Shown: positions 1 through 13,200 of the stretch, in pieces
How positions within the stretch are numbered: the stretch's first letter is position 1
Layout of the letters: each line of letters opens with the position of its first letter
Source of the DNA: Squalus acanthias
Taxonomy: Eukaryota
Direction of reading: 5' to 3'
Assembly (NCBI GenBank): GCA_030390025.1
Contig: JASTWF010000347.1
Location: 124,001-188,000, forward strand
DNA: 64,000 nt
Made by a program: the position numbers and the translations under genes
Notes under the pieces: generated by a model
Database searches by the model: none
Told to the model about the DNA's origin: nothing
Seen by the model: the letters and a program-made list of their open reading frames with translations, nothing else

Positions 1-575
1 ACCCAAGTGAAGGCGCTGGAGTCGGGATGGAGATTTCGCCAGACGTCCACCAAGTCGAAGGACCCGACCAGGTCGCTCAACTTCACCGTCGCCGTCAGGC
101 TTCGCGGAGGGCCCGAACGGTCCCTCGCCTCGAGGGTACAATTAAAATCCCCCCCGAGGATGATGCACTCGCCGACGTCGACGGTGCCCAGAAGAGCGGA
201 CACTTCATCGAAGAAGCGCACTTGCTGCGCACCGGGCTGGGGGGCGTACACGTTCACTAAATGGAGCGGCACGCCCCCCAGACGAACAGTGACCTGGAGC
301 AAGCGGCCCGGCACATGCTCCTTGACCCCCAAGATCTCCGGCTGAAAATGCGGGGCCAGCAAGATAGCCACCCCACCGGAAACGTTGGAGAGGTGACTCA
401 TGCTGACCCCTCCTCGCCACTCCAGGAGCCACGTGGCCTCGTCTCCCGGAACGGTGTGAGTTTCCTGCAGGAAGCACACCGCATGCCTCCCTTCCCGAAG
501 GGACGAGAAGTTATTAAATCTACGGCGTGCCTCTCTGCTGCCGTTGATGTTGAGGCTGGCTATGGTTATCTTCAT
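1..575 (-). mobile_element. L1/Tx1-clade LINE ORF2, APE endonuclease domain (runs off the window start)
   Basis: Minus-strand ATG at 575 reads MKITIASLNING..FLQETH..GGVAIL..VNVYAP..GGDFN..DLVDVWRNLHP..FTW in one open frame to position 1; these are hallmark APE motifs. Confidence 0.9.
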
Positions 576-606
576 GACAAGAGCATAGTGCAACCTCTAC
601 CTTACT

Positions 607-1290
607 CTAACGGGGGGAGGGAGCGCGGCCGCTAGTCGACCGCCACTCCCTTCCAAGCCCAGCGAGGAAATTCTGGATCCGACGCCGCTCGGCCAGGCCC
701 ACGCCCCCGTCCGCGCCCATGGTTTTGACTGCGGCGCGGACGGAGCAAACGAGCAGCGCCAGATCCGACCATTTATCGATGGCCAGCCGGATTATATCCT
801 GGCGACCCTGGCCCATGGCCACAAAGTCCCGGAGTTCCACAACGGGGATGAGGGGGGACCCGGAGGAGGGCACGAGGGCATCCGCCGCCTCACTGGCGAC
901 GGATTCCATATCATCCTCAGTGTCCTCCGCCGGGTCCCCGTCCTCCTCCGGGGGGTCGCCATCGGCCAGCCCTACCTCTGCCCCGATCCCACCCCCAGGA
1001 TCGGCAGCAGAGGAGTCCTCCCTGGGCTCCTCCAGAAGCGCCGGGTCAGGAAGCGGCGGCGGCTCGGGGCCCCCCTCCGCCCCCGGCACCGGGGTGCACA
1101 GGGAAACCGGGGAGCACATTAGTGCCAGTTCCCCCAACAACCCCGGCGCCAGCGTCGCAGACGGAGTCAGGGGGCCTTCCCCTTCACCGCCACCATCCTC
1201 CGACCCAGCGGACCGGGTACCCTGGTTATATTGCTCAACCAGGTCGAGCAGTGCCTGGGAGTGGTCCTGACCGTACACGGCGGGCTCTGC
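607..1290 (-). mobile_element. L1/Tx1-clade LINE ORF1, C-terminal part (5'-truncated at the promoter junction)
   Basis: ORF 607..1278 lies directly upstream of the APE ORF2. It has an acidic/Pro-rich region then LIPVVELRDF..W, and stops abruptly at the promoter inverted repeat (1291). Confidence 0.75.
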
Positions 1291-1760
1291 CTCAGCTCAC
1301 ACTGCCCGGGTGATTGACGGGAGCTCCAGACCAATAGGAAGAGCGGGGCGGGTCTGGAGGACCGAGCGGGCGGCGGGTCCTCCAACCAATCGGAGTGTGT
1401 GAGGGGCGGGGCTTAACCTTTAAACCTGAACAACAGAAGGTGAGCTGAGCATGCGCGGACCTTGGCAGCAGCCGCTGGCACATCAGGTGAGAGAGCTCAG
1501 GGAGCGGGTTAATAAACCCCGGGGGGACGCGGGCTGCACACACCCCGAGTGCGGCCCCAGGCCCCATTATTAAAACACTCAACATTATCCACTTCACAAA
1601 CACCCGGGGTGGGCCTAAGGCCCCGAACAAGAGCCTCCGGGCCGGGCGTTTGCCCCGAGCGGGGCGGCAGCTGCGGGGCTTTCTCCCGGTGACAGGCCCG
1701 GGTTAACGGCCGCCATCTTGAGAGGCTGAGGGGGTAGCAGGGCGCATGCGCGGCCCCCTT
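1291..1760 (+). promoter_or_regulatory. CpG-rich promoter/first-exon module (type 1) of ZNF-A
   Basis: Two CCAAT boxes, GGGGCGGG GC boxes, GCATGCGC/GCGCATGCGC (NRF1-like) and CCGCCATCTT (YY1-like). Near-identical module at 29.5 kb and 45.4 kb. Confidence 0.65.
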
Positions 1761-2188
1761 GGCCAGGAACCAGGAGGAAATCTTGTCAATTTCTATCCTG
1801 GACTCACAGTCATGGCTTTTGGAAACTCCTTTTACAGGCTGTGAGAAGGGCAGCATTTACACACCGCAAACTCACACCAAACATCACCTCAAGATCTGAC
1901 AGAGTCACTCCATTCATCAGGACCCGAATATCATCGGTCTTTGAATGTGGAAGGAGAAATGTTTGTGGGAAAAGATTTCAAACATCAGTGTGACTGGAAA
2001 AGCACCGAGACACACACACCCGAGTGAGAGTGTTCCAGTGCACTGACTGTGAAAAGAGCTTTAACCAGTTACACAGCCTGAAAAAACATCGCACCGTTCA
2101 CAGCGGGGAGAAACCGTACCCGTGTTCTGTGTGTGGACGAGGCTTCAACTGATCGTCCAACCTGGAGGGACACAAGGACACCCGCACC

Positions 2189-3418
2189 ACGGAGAAACCG
2201 TGGAAATGTGGGGACTGTGGGAAGGGATTCAATTACCCATCTGAGCTGGAAACTCATCGACGCAGTCACACAGGGGAGAGGCCGTTCACCTGCTCCGTGT
2301 GTGGGAAGGGATTCACTCAGTCATCCAGCCTCTATACACACCAGCGAGTTCATACTGGAGAGCGGCCGTTCACCTGCATTGAATGTGGGAAGGGATTTAC
2401 TGCTTTATCAACCCTCCTGACACACCAGCGAGTTCACACTGACAAGAGACCTTTTAAATGTTCTGACTGTGAGAAGAGCTTTAAAAGCACAAAGGATCTG
2501 TTGACACACCAACGAGTTCACACTGGGGAGAGGCCGTTCACCTGCTCCATGTGTGGGAAGGGATTCACTCAGTCATCCCACCTTCTGACACATCAACTTG
2601 TTCACTCTGATAACAAACCTTTTAAATGTTCTGACTGTGAGAAATGCTTTAAAAGTAAAAAGGATTTATTGACACACCTACGCACCCACACTGGGGAGAG
2701 GCCATTCACTTGCTCCGTGTGTGGGAAGGGATTCACTTGTTCATCCCACCTTCTGACACACCAACTTGTTCACTCTGATAAGAGACCGTTTCAATGTTCT
2801 GACTGTGAGAAGAGCTTTAAAAGCAAACAGCACCTGCTGAAACACCAACACACTCACACTGGGGAGAGGCCGTTCATCTGCTCCGTGTGTGGGAAGGGAT
2901 TCACCCGATCATCCCACCTGTTGAGACACCAGCGATTTCACACTGGGGAGAGGCCGTTCATGTGCACTGAGTGTGGGAAGGGATTCACTGATTTATCCGA
3001 CCTTCTGACACACCAGCGAGTTCACACCGGGGAGAGACCGTTCACCTGCTGCATGTGTGGGAAGGGATTCACTCAGTCATCCCACCTCACCGAACACCAA
3101 CATGTTCACACTGATGAGAGACCTTTTGAATGTTCTGACTGTGAGAAGAGCTTTAAAAGCACAAGTGGTCTGCTGAAACACCAACGCACTCACACTGGGG
3201 AGAGGCCGTTCACCTGCTCCACGTGTGGGAAGGGATTCACGGATTCCTACAACCTGCTGGTACACCAACCTGTTCACACTGGGGAGAGACCGTTCACCTG
3301 CTCCGTGTGTGCGAAGGGATTCACTCAGTCATCCTCCTTACTGAGACACCAGCGAGTTCACGATCGACTGCAGGGGTTGGATTCTGTTATTGCTGCTGTT
3401 AATCACATCCAGGACTGA
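2189..3418 (+). CDS. C2H2 zinc-finger protein ZNF-A, 14 fingers; putative ACG start; upstream fingers broken by TGA
   Basis: Tandem CxxC..HxxxH units with TGERPF linkers. Acceptor TTTTACAG ends at 1837; TGA at 1991 and 2150; the family stop is mutated (TGA>CGA), giving an extended C-terminus. Confidence 0.8.
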   Translation, partial: TEKPWKCGDCGKGFNYPSELETHRRSHTGERPFTCSVCGKGFTQSSSLYTHQRVHTGERPFTCIECGKGFTALSTLLTHQRVHTDKRPFKCSDCEKSFKSTKDLLTHQRVHTGERPFTCSMCGKGFTQSSHLLTHQLVHSDNKPFKCSDCEKCFKSKKDLLTHLRTHTGERPFTCSVCGKGFTCSSHLLTHQLVHSDKRPFQCSDCEKSFKSKQHLLKHQHTHTGERPFICSVCGKGFTRSSHLLRHQRFHTGERPFMCTECGKGFTDLSDLLTHQRVHTGERPFTCCMCGKGFTQSSHLTEHQHVHTDERPFECSDCEKSFKSTSGLLKHQRTHTGERPFTCSTCGKGFTDSYNLLVHQPVHTGERPFTCSVCAKGFTQSSSLLRHQRVHDRLQGLDSVIAAVNHIQD

Positions 3419-3689
3419 ACCATGTTCACTCTGTGACAGTTGGGGTTTGTTTCTGCTGTCGTTAATAACCCTATAACTGGGCTGGAGTTTAATATTCTAG
3501 ATAAATGTTGAATAAATCAGCTTTGTTTCAAACACACTTTGTGTCGAGTCTGTGATGTCTCCATGATAAGAGGAGACTAATTGATGTCCTGTTACTGACT
3601 GCTCCATTTTTGGGCCGTTTCTCCTTTCTTACTCTGGATTATTTCGGTTCTGATCTAATTGGCCTTCTACCATCCTGGGAGTCCCATGA

Positions 3690-4190
3690 TACAATGATAA
3701 TGGAGTTGTTGACTAATCACAGCGATCAATCTCTATCAATGAGTCTACAACAGACCCAGACATGAGGCGAGGAAAACCCCAGTGGTGGAGAGCTTTAGGA
3801 GCCATCGGACCAAAGTCACCTCTTCCTCCCGAGCATTCTACACTTACCACACGTCATGTCTCAAATTACTCACACACTGTGTCCCAAAATCTTATTCTAT
3901 GAATGAAATCGGTCCAATTTACATTTGAATGAATCAACAGTAACTGCTTCCACCGTCTCCCTAGGGAGCCTGTCCCATAGATTGACCACTCACTCACTGA
4001 AATATTGTTTCCACAGATTGGGTTTGAATGTACCCCCTTCAAGCGCAGGCCGTGTCCTCTGGTTCTACTGTTCTGGACAGGGTGAAATAACTTGTCGTGC
4101 TCGACATTATCCAGTCCCTTTAGAATCCTCAAAACAGCAATCCTATCACCTCTCCACCTCTTTCCAGTGTGAACAGGCCCAGTTTACATA
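3690..4190 (-). mobile_element. Degenerate CR1-group LINE 3' fragment
   Basis: ORF 3866..4132 reads RILKGLDNV..SRTRGHGLRL, typical of the CR1 ORF2 C-terminus. Confidence 0.7.
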
Positions 4191-4231
4191 ACCTGGACAT
4201 GTTGGCTCCAAGCTAGAGATAATTCTTACAC

Positions 4232-5047
4232 ATTTGCCAGATGGAGTATAATGTGGGAAAGTGCGAGGTTATACACTTTGGCAGGAAAAATAAAAAAGCT
4301 AATTATTATTTAAATGGAGAGAGATTACAAAATGCTGCAGTGCAGAGGGACCTGGGGGTCCTTGTGCATGAAACACAAAAAGTTAGCATGCAGGTACAGC
4401 AAGAAATCAAAAAGGCAAATGGAGTGTTGGCCTTTATTTCAAGGGAGTTGGATTATAAAAGCAGGGAAGGTCTGCTACAACTGTACAGGGTATTAGTGAG
4501 ACCACACCTTGAGTGCTGCGTACAGTTTTGGTCTCCTTATTTAAGGAAGGATATACTTGCATTGGAGGCAGTTCAGAGGCGATTCACTCGGTTAATTCCA
4601 GAGATGAGGGGGTTGACTTATGAGGAAAGGTTGAGCAGGTTGGGCCTATACTCATTGGAATTTAGAAGAATGAGAGGTGATCTTATTGAAACATATAAGA
4701 TACTGAGGGGGCTCGACAGGGTAGATGCAGAGAGGATGTTTCCCCTCGTGGGGAAATCTAGAACTCGGGGGCACAGTTTTAGAATAAAGGGTCGCCCTTT
4801 TAGAACTGAGATGAGAGGGTCGTAAATCTGTGGAATTCTCTGCCCCAGAGAGCTGTGGAGGCTGGGTCATTAAATACATTTAAGGTGGAGATAGAGAGAT
4901 TTTTGCAAGATAAGGGAGTGAAGGGTTATGGGGAGCAGGCAGGGAAGTGGCTTTGAGCCCAAGATCAGCCATGATCTTATTGAATGGCGGAGCAGGCTCG
5001 AGGGGCCAAGTGGCCTATTCCTGCTCCTATTTCTTATGTTCTTATGT
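4232..5047 (+). mobile_element. CR1 LINE 3' fragment
   Basis: ORF 4241..4825 [23 protein letters not shown]; tail TTCTTATGTTCTTATG. Confidence 0.95.
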
Positions 5048-5175
5048 ACACAAACCCTGAATGCTTCTTAAATTGCATTAACCTGACACTTCACAGAATC
5101 CTAGAATGATACAGCACAGAAGGAGGCCATTCGGCCCATCGTGCCTGTGCGGCTCTCTGAAAGAGCCATCCAATT

Positions 5176-5306
5176 ACAAAAGCAAAATACTGCGGATGCT
5201 GGAAATCTGAAATAAAGAGAGAAAATGCTGGAAATCCTCAGCAGGTCAGGCAGTGTCTGTGGAGAGAGAAACAGAGGGTTCAGGTCACAGACCTTCCGTC
5301 AGAACC
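5176..5306 (-). mobile_element. Penelope-like element end with a degenerate hammerhead core
   Basis: Reverse-complement paralogue of 23184-23285; the core reads CTGACGG..GAAC (mutated). Confidence 0.5.
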
Positions 5307-5599
5307 TTTCATCACACATTATAATTTAATGTATTTCTCACTCTGGTTTAAGCTTATATTGTGGTTAATAACAGACAAACCCTGTTCTTTCCCCTGATCT
5401 GATTACAGATTCCAATCAGTCGATTCAGTGGATGGAATGTCTTATCAGTGTTGCCATGGCGACTTGTCTGCAGTGAATCGCCTGTTTGAGTTTCTAACTC
5501 AGACTAAACTTCTCTTTCCCACAATACACATTATATCAGACATTTGATCTCAATGTATTTTAGCCATGTTATGTTAATATCTCTAAAACCTACAAGCGG

Positions 5600-6020
5600 T
5601 TCAGATACACAAACCTTTAAAAGTGGGAGGACAAGTTGATAAAGTGGTTTAAAAAAGCACGAGGGATCCTCGGTTTTATAAATAGGGGTGGAGAGTACAA
5701 AAGGGCAGAGGTCATGTAAACCTGTACAAATCATTGGTTAGGCTGCAGTTCGAATATTGGGTCAAGTTTTGGGGCATCTTACACCAGGAAGGATGTCAAG
5801 GCCGTGGAGAGGGTGCAGAGAGATTCACTGAGATGATACCAGGGAAGAGAGGCTTTAGTTATCAGGAGAGATTAGAGAAACTGGGGCTCTTTTCATTAGA
5901 ACAAAGGGTAATTGGAGATCTGAGCGAGGTGTTCAGAATTTGATCAGGTAAATGAGGAAAATCTATTTCCACCAGTCGGTGAGTCAGGAACTAGAGGGCA
6001 TCAAATTCAAATCATCACCA
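5600..6020 (+). mobile_element. Degenerate CR1 fragment
   Basis: ORF 5734..5943 VRLQFEY..ERLEKLGLFSLEQR. Confidence 0.8.
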
Positions 6021-6224
6021 AAAGGCTCAGACCCAGGGATGAACTATCGAGCACACCGTACAAAAATGTTCAGGAGACTCACTGTCCCTCCGGATCTGTG
6101 TCCGGGGAGAAACTGATGGGTTTCTCTTATCTTTGGGTTAAATGTTCTCACAGAGCTGATGGATGTCAGTGCTGGGGAATGGGGTGTTCTGAGCACCGAG
6201 TGTCTGCCTGAAGCACTCTCCAGT

Positions 6225-6598
6225 CAGGTACAGCACGGGTTAGATACAGAGTAAAGCTCCCTCTACACTGTCCCATCAAACACTCCCAGGGCAGGTACAG
6301 CACGGGTTAGATACAGAGTAAAGCTCCCTCTACACTGTCCCATCAAACACTCCCAGGGCAGGTACAGCACGGGTTAGATACAGAGTAAAGCTCCCTCTAC
6401 ACTGTCCCATCAAACACTCCAGGGCAGGTACAGCACGGGTTAGATACAGAGTAAAGCTCCCTCTACACTGTCCCATCAAACACTCCCAGGGCAGGTACAG
6501 CACGGGTTAGATACAGAGTAAAGCTCCCTCTACACTGTCCCATCAAACACTCCCAGGGCAGGTACAGCACGGGTTAGATACAGAGTAAGGTTCCCTCT
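6225..6598. repeat. 67-bp minisatellite, about 5.5 copies
   Basis: Unit CAGGTACAGCACGGGTTAGATACAGAGTAAAGCTCCCTCTACACTGTCCCATCAAACACTCCCAGGG; starts at 6225, 6292 and onward. Confidence 0.95.
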
Positions 6599-6599
6599 G

Positions 6600-9020
6600 C
6601 ACTTCAGCCAATGTCCCAAACTCCTCCATCGCCATCCCTGGGTATGTCCTGTCCCACCGGCAGGACAGACCCACCAGGGGTGGTGGCACAGTGATGTACA
6701 GTCCGGAAGGAGTGGCCCTGGGAGTCCTCAACATTGACTCCAGACCCCATGAGGTCTCATGGCTTCAGGTCAAGCATGGGCAAGGAAACCTCCTGCTGAT
6801 TCCCACCTACCACCCTCCCTCAGCTGATGAATCAGTACTCCTCCATGTTGAACACCACTTGCAAGAAGCACTGAGAGTAGCAAGGGCACAGAATGTACTC
6901 TGGGTGGGGGACTTCAATGTCCATCACCAAGACTGCCTCGGTAGCACCACTACTGACTGAGCTGGCCGAGTCCTGAAGGACATAACTGCCAGTGTGGGCC
7001 TGCGACAGGTGGTGAGAGAACCAACACGAGGGAAAAACGTACTTCACCTCGTCCTCACCAATCTACCTGTCGCAGATGCATCTGTCCATGACAGTATTGG
7101 TAGCAGTGACCACCGCACAGTCATTGTGCGAAGTCCTGTCTTCACACTGAGGACACCCTCCATCGAGTTGTGTGGCACTACCACCGTGCTAAATGGGATA
7201 GATTCAGAACAAATCTAGCAGCTCAAAATTGGGCATCTATGAGGCGCTGTGAGCCATCAGCAGCAGCAGAATTGTATTCCCCTCAATCTGTAACCTCATG
7301 GCCCGGCATAACCCTCACTCTACCATTGCCATCAAGCCAGGGGACCAACCCTGGTTCAATAAGGAGTGCAGAGGAGCATGCCAGGAGCAGCACCACGCGT
7401 ACCTACAAATGAGGTGCCAACCTGGGGAAGCTGCAACACAGGACTACATGCATACTAAAAAGCAGAAGCAGCATGCTATAGACAGGGCTAAGTGATCCCA
7501 AAATCAACGGATCAGATCAAAGCTCTGCAGTCCTGCCACATCCAGTCGTGAATGGTGGTGGACCATTAAACAACTAACGAGAGGAGGCTCCATGAATATC
7601 CCCATCCTCAATGATGGTGGAGCCCAGCACCTGTGTGCAAAAGACAAGGCTGAAGCGTTTGCAACCATTTTCAGCCAGAAGTGCCGAGTGGATGATCCCT
7701 ATCGGCCTACTCGAGGTCCCCACCATCACAGAAGCCAGTCTTCAGCCAATTCGATTCACTCCACGTGATATCAAGAAACGGCTGAGCGCACTGGATACAG
7801 CAAAGGCTATGGACCCGACAACATCCCGGCTATCGTGCTGAAGACTTGTGCTCCAGAACTAGCCGTGCCTCTAGCCAAGTTGTTCCAGTACAGCTACAAC
7901 ACTGGCATCTACCCGAATATGTGGAAAACTGCCCAGCTATGTCCTGTCCACAAAAAACAGAACAAATCCAATCCAAGCAATTGCCGCCCCATCAGTCTAT
8001 TCTCAATCATCAGCAAAGTGATGGAAGGTGTCATCAACAGAGCCATCAAGCGGCACTTACTCACCAATAACCATCTTCAGCTGCTTCATCAATGACCTTC
8101 CCTCCAACATAAGGTCAGAAATGGGGATGTTCGCTGATGACTGCACAGTGTTCAGCGCCATTCGCAACTCCACAGATAATGAAGCAGTCCATGCCCGCAT
8201 GCAACAAGACCTGGACGACGTTCAGGCTTGGGCTGATAAGTGGCAGGTAACATTCGCACCACAGAAGTGCCAGACAATGACTATCTCCAAGAAGCGAGAG
8301 TCTAACCACCTCCCCTTGACATTCAATGGCATTACCATCGCCAAATCCCCCACTATCAACATCCTGGGGGTCACCATTAACAAGAAACTTAACTGGACCA
8401 GCCACATAAATACTGTGGCAACAAGAGCAGGTCAGAGGCTGGGTATTCTGCGGCGAGTGTCTCACCTCCTGACTCCCCAAAGCCTTTCCACCATCTACAA
8501 GGCACAAGTAAGGAGTGTGATGGAATACTCTCCACTTGCCTGGATGAGTGCAGCTCCAACAACACTCAAGAAGCTCAACACCATCCAGGACAAAGCAGCC
8601 CGCTTGATTGGCACCCCATCCACCACCTTAAACATTCACTCCCTCCACCACCGGCATACCGTGGCTGCAGGGTGTACCATCTACAAGATGCACTGCAGCA
8701 ACTCGCCAAGGCTTCTTCAGCAGCACCTCCCAAACCCGCGACCTCTTCCACCTGGAAGGACAAGGGCAGCAGGCGCATGGGAACACCACCACCTCCAAGT
8801 TCCCCTCCAAGTCACACACCATCCTGACTTAGAAGTGTATCGCCGATCCTTCATCGTCACTGGGTCCCTTCTGAACAGCTCTGTGGGTGTACCTTCACCA
8901 CACGGACTGCAGCGGTTCAAGAAGGCAGCACACCACCACCTTCTCAAGGGCAATTAGGGATGGGCAATAAATGCTGGCATTGCCTGCGACGCCCAGATCA
9001 CATGAACGAATAAAAAAAAA
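6600..9020 (+). mobile_element. Degenerate poly(A)-tailed non-LTR retrotransposon (CR1/L2 group): endonuclease plus RT with an internal deletion
   Basis: GDFNVHH (EN), LKTCAPELAVPL, FINDLP..FADD (RT). Frameshifts present; the central RT block is missing near 8070; ends AATAAA..A9. Confidence 0.9.
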
Positions 9021-9085
9021 TTACACCAGACTGGGCGGGCCCTGAGGTACGAGTTGGTCACTGAAAATTGGCGGCCAGCGTACGT

Positions 9086-9798
9086 CAACAACAACAACTT
9101 GTATTTATATAGCACCTTTAACATAGTAAAACGTCCCAAGGCGCTGCACAGGAGTATTTTAAGACAAAAAATTTGACACCGATCCACATAAGGATAAATT
9201 AGGGCAGGTGACCAAAAGCTTGGTAAAAGAGGTAGGTTTTAAGGAGCACCTTAAAGAAGAAAAGAGAGGTAGCGAGGAGCACAGGTTTAGGCAGGGAATT
9301 GCAGAGCTTAGGGCCTAGGCAACAGAAGGCACGGCCACCAATGGTTGAGCGATTATAATCAGGGATGCTCAAGAGGGCAGAATTAGAGGAGCGCAGATAT
9401 CTCGGGGGGTTGTGGGGCTGGAGGAGATTACAGAGATAGGGAGGGGCGAGGCCATGGAGGGATTTGAAAACAAGGATGAGAATTTTGAAGTTGAGGCGCT
9501 GCTTAACCAGGAGCCAATGCAGGTCAGCGAGCACAGGGGTGATGGACGAATGGGACTTGGTGCAAGTTAGGACAGGAGCAGCCGAGTTTTGGATGACCTC
9601 AAGTTTAGGTAGGGTGGAATGTGGAAGGCCAGCCAGGAGTTCACTGGAATAGTCAAATCTAGAGGTAACAACGGCATGGATGAGGGTTTCAGCAGCGGAT
9701 GAGCGGAGGCAAGGGCGGAGATGGGCGATGTTAAGGAGGTGGAAGTAGGCGGTCTTTGTTATGCTGCGGATATGTGGTCGGAAGCTCATTTCAGGGTC
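9086..9798 (-). mobile_element. L2-clade LINE 3' fragment
   Basis: ORF 9199..9789 ETLIHAVVTSRFDY..ITPVLADLHWL..GGRAF; (TTG)n tail. Confidence 0.9.
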
Positions 9799-9929
9799 GC
9801 ACGATGGCGGAGGGACCAGGCTCTTTTTTTTAATTAATTTTGTTTATTGTCCCTCCGGCCTCAATCTCGCTGGGATGATAAAAAAAAGTTATTTGCACCA
9901 ATTGCAGCTTTCAATGGCGGGGTGTTTAC

Positions 9930-10322
9930 CCAGAAGCCCCCGCGCGGCAGAATGTGCCCTATTAATGACTACAAGAGTCCAGGGCGCAGGCGCAGGATCG
10001 GGCAGTGTTCTGAGCATGCGTCGTGCGAGTGAGCTCGATGGGTTTGAATCGGAAGACACGCTCCCGGGAAGTGGTAGGAGATTGTGAGCTCGGGGAGGAA
10101 TTGGACCCGCGGCTGGGCTGGAAAGCTTCATAAACACCTGGTGCAGGCGTCAGGCCTCGAGTAAGCGCCCACAGGCCCTGTGTTTGCCCCGCGGTGACAG
10201 GCCCGGCCGCCCGGGTCGGCGGGGTCACTGGCCGCCATCTTGGACAGGGCGGGATCACGGCGCATGCGCTGCCAGTTTAGCGCCAGGAACAAAGAGTGGG
10301 CGGGGCTTCAGGGTCCCAGTGA
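9930..10322 (+). promoter_or_regulatory. CpG-rich promoter/first-exon module (type 2) of ZNF-B
   Basis: GCGCAGGCGCA, GCATGCG, CGGAAG, GCCGCCATCTTG and a GC box; paralogous to 35265-35610. Confidence 0.6.
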
Positions 10323-10323
10323 C

Positions 10324-12541
10324 CATAAGAACATAAGAAATAGGAGCAGGAGTAGGCCAATCGGCCCTTCGAGCCTGCTCGCCATTCAATAAGATCATGG
10401 CTGATCTGATCCTCACCTCAAATCTAAAGAACACAAGAAGTAGGAGCAGGACCCGGCCACTCAGCCCCTGGGCCCGCTCCGCCACCCACAGGGCCTCGAC
10501 CGATCCGAACTCAGCCTCATGTCCAATTTCCTGCCCGCTCCCCGTAACCCCTAATTCCCTTTACTTCTAGGAAACTGTCTATTTCTGTTTTAAATTTATT
10601 TAATGCTGTAGCTTCCACAGCTTCCTGGGGCAGCAAATTCCACAGACCTACTACCCTGTGAGTGAAGAAGTTTCTCCTCATCTCAGTTTTGAAAGAGCAG
10701 CCCCTTATTCTAAGATTATGCCCCCTAGTTCTAGTTTCACCCATCCTTGGGAACATCCTTACCGCATCCACCCGATCAAGCCCCTTCACAATCTTGTATG
10801 TTTCAATAAGATCGCCTCTCATTCTTCTGAACTCCAATGAGTAGAGTCCCAATCTACTCAACCTCTCCTCGTATGTCCACCCCCTCATCCCGGGGATTAA
10901 CCGAGTGAACCTTCTTTGTACTGCCTCGAGAGCAAGTATGTCTTTTCTTAAGTATGGACACCAAAACTGTATGCAGTATTCCAGATGCGGTCTCACCAAT
11001 ACCTTATATAACTGCAGCAATACCTCCCTGTTTTTATAATCTATCCCCCTAGCAATAAAAGCCAACATTCCGTTGGCCTTCTTGATCACCTGCTGCACCT
11101 GCATACTAACTTTTTGATTTTCTTGCACTAGGACCCCCAGATCCCTTTGTACTGCAGTACTTTCCAGTTTCTCGCCATTAAGATAATAACTTGCTCTCTG
11201 ATTTTTCCTGCCAAAGTGCATAACCTCACATTTTCCAATATTGTATTCCATCTGCCAAATCTCTGCCCACTCACCCAGCTTGTCTATATCCCCTTGTAGG
11301 TTTTTTATGTCCTCCTCACTTTCTACTTTCCCTCCCATCTTTGTATCATCTGCAAACTTTGATATGTTACACTCGGTCCCCTCCTCCAAATCGTTAATAT
11401 AGATTGTAAAGAGTTGGGGACCCAGCACCGACCCCTGCGGAACACCGCTGGCTACTGGTTGCCAGTCCGAGAATTAACCATTTATCCCAACTCTCTGCTT
11501 CCTGTTAGATAACCAATCCTCCACCCATCCCAGAATATTCCCCCCAATCCAGTGATTTTTTATCTTGAGCAATAATCTTTTATGTGGCACCTTGTCGAAT
11601 GCCTTCTGGAAGTCTAAATACACTACGTCCATTGGTTCCCCTTTATCCACCCTGTACGTTATGTCCTCAAAGAACTCAAGCAAATTTGTCAGACATGATT
11701 TCCCCTTCATAAAGCCATGCTGACTTTGTCCTATCAAATTATGTTTATCTAAATGTTCCGTTACTGTCTCCTTAATAATAAACTCCAAAATTTTACCCAC
11801 CACAGATGTTAGACTAACTGGTCTATAATTTCCAGCTTTCTGCCTACTACCCTTTTTAAATAAGGGTGTTACATTAGCAGTTTTCCAATCTGCTGGGACC
11901 TTTGCTGATTCCAGGGAATTTTGGAAAATTATTACCAAAGCATCCACAATCCCTATTGCCACTTCCCTCAAGACCCTAGGATGTAAGCCATCAGGTCCAG
12001 GGGATTTATCCGCCTTGAGTTCCATTATTTTACTGAGTACCAATTCCTTAGTGATTTTAATCGTATTTAGCTCCTCCCCCCCTAGAGCCCCCTGTTTGTC
12101 CAGTGTTGGGATATTCTTAGTGTCCTCTACCGTAAAGACTGAAACAAAATATTTGTTCAGCATTTTTGCCATCTCCATGTTTCCCACCATTAATTTCCCG
12201 GTCTCATCCTCTAAGGGACCTACGTTTGCCTTAGCCACCCTTTTTCTTTTTATATAACTATAGAAACTCTTGCTATCTGTTTTTATATTTTTTGCTAATT
12301 TATTTTCATAATCTATCTTCCCTTTCTTAATCAATCCTTTAGTTACTTTTTGCTGTCTTTTGAAGACTTCCCAATCTTCTATCCTCCCACTAAGTTTGGC
12401 TACCTTATATGTCCTTGTTTTTAGTTGGATACTATCCTTAATTTCTTTACTTAGCCACGGATGGCTGTCATTTCTTTTACACCCTTTTTTCCTCAGTGGA
12501 ATATATATTTTTTGAAAGTTGTAAAATAACTCCTTAAATGA
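10324..12541 (-). mobile_element. Young 5'-truncated CR1 LINE (RT region) in the ZNF-B intron
   Basis: ORFs 11474..12334 and 10517..11428 share a frame and are split by one TCA>TAA nonsense; YLDFQKAFD and FADD motifs; CATAAGAA tail. Confidence 0.95.
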
Positions 12542-13200
12542 CCAGAAGAGACAATCATTGACTCATTGATTTTATTCTCACTCTGCACACAGCGGGTGTG
12601 GAACTGAACCCAACCAGAGTAGAGGGAGGGAGAAAACTGGGAGTGGAGGAAAGAAATGTTGGAAATGGTGCGATGGGTTTGGATTTCAGCACAGGGAGGA
12701 GGGAGAGTGTGTGGGACGGGGATTTACAGCTTTTGGGGAACAAGAGAGGAAAGAATGTTCCATAGAAACTAGAATTGTCTGTTCTGAATTTCTATCCTGT
12801 ACTTACAATGATGGCTTTTGTAAACTCCTTTTACAGGGTATTAGAAGGGGAGGATTTACAGACGGGAAACTCAAACCAAACATCACCTCAAGATCTGACA
12901 GAGTCACTCCATTCATCAGGATCTGAATATCATCGGCCTTTGAATGTGGAAGGAGAAATGTTTGTCTGTTCTGTCTGTGGGGAAAGATTTCAAACATCAG
13001 TGTGACTGGAAAAGCACCGAGACACCCACACCCGAGTGAGAGTGTTCCAGTGCACTGACTGTGGAAAGAGCTTTAACCAGTTACACAGCCTGAAAAAACA
13101 TCGCACCATTCACAGCGGGGAGAAACCGTACACGTGTTCTGTGTGTGGACGAGGCTTCAACTGATCGTCCAACCTGGAGGGACACAAGGACACCTGCACC

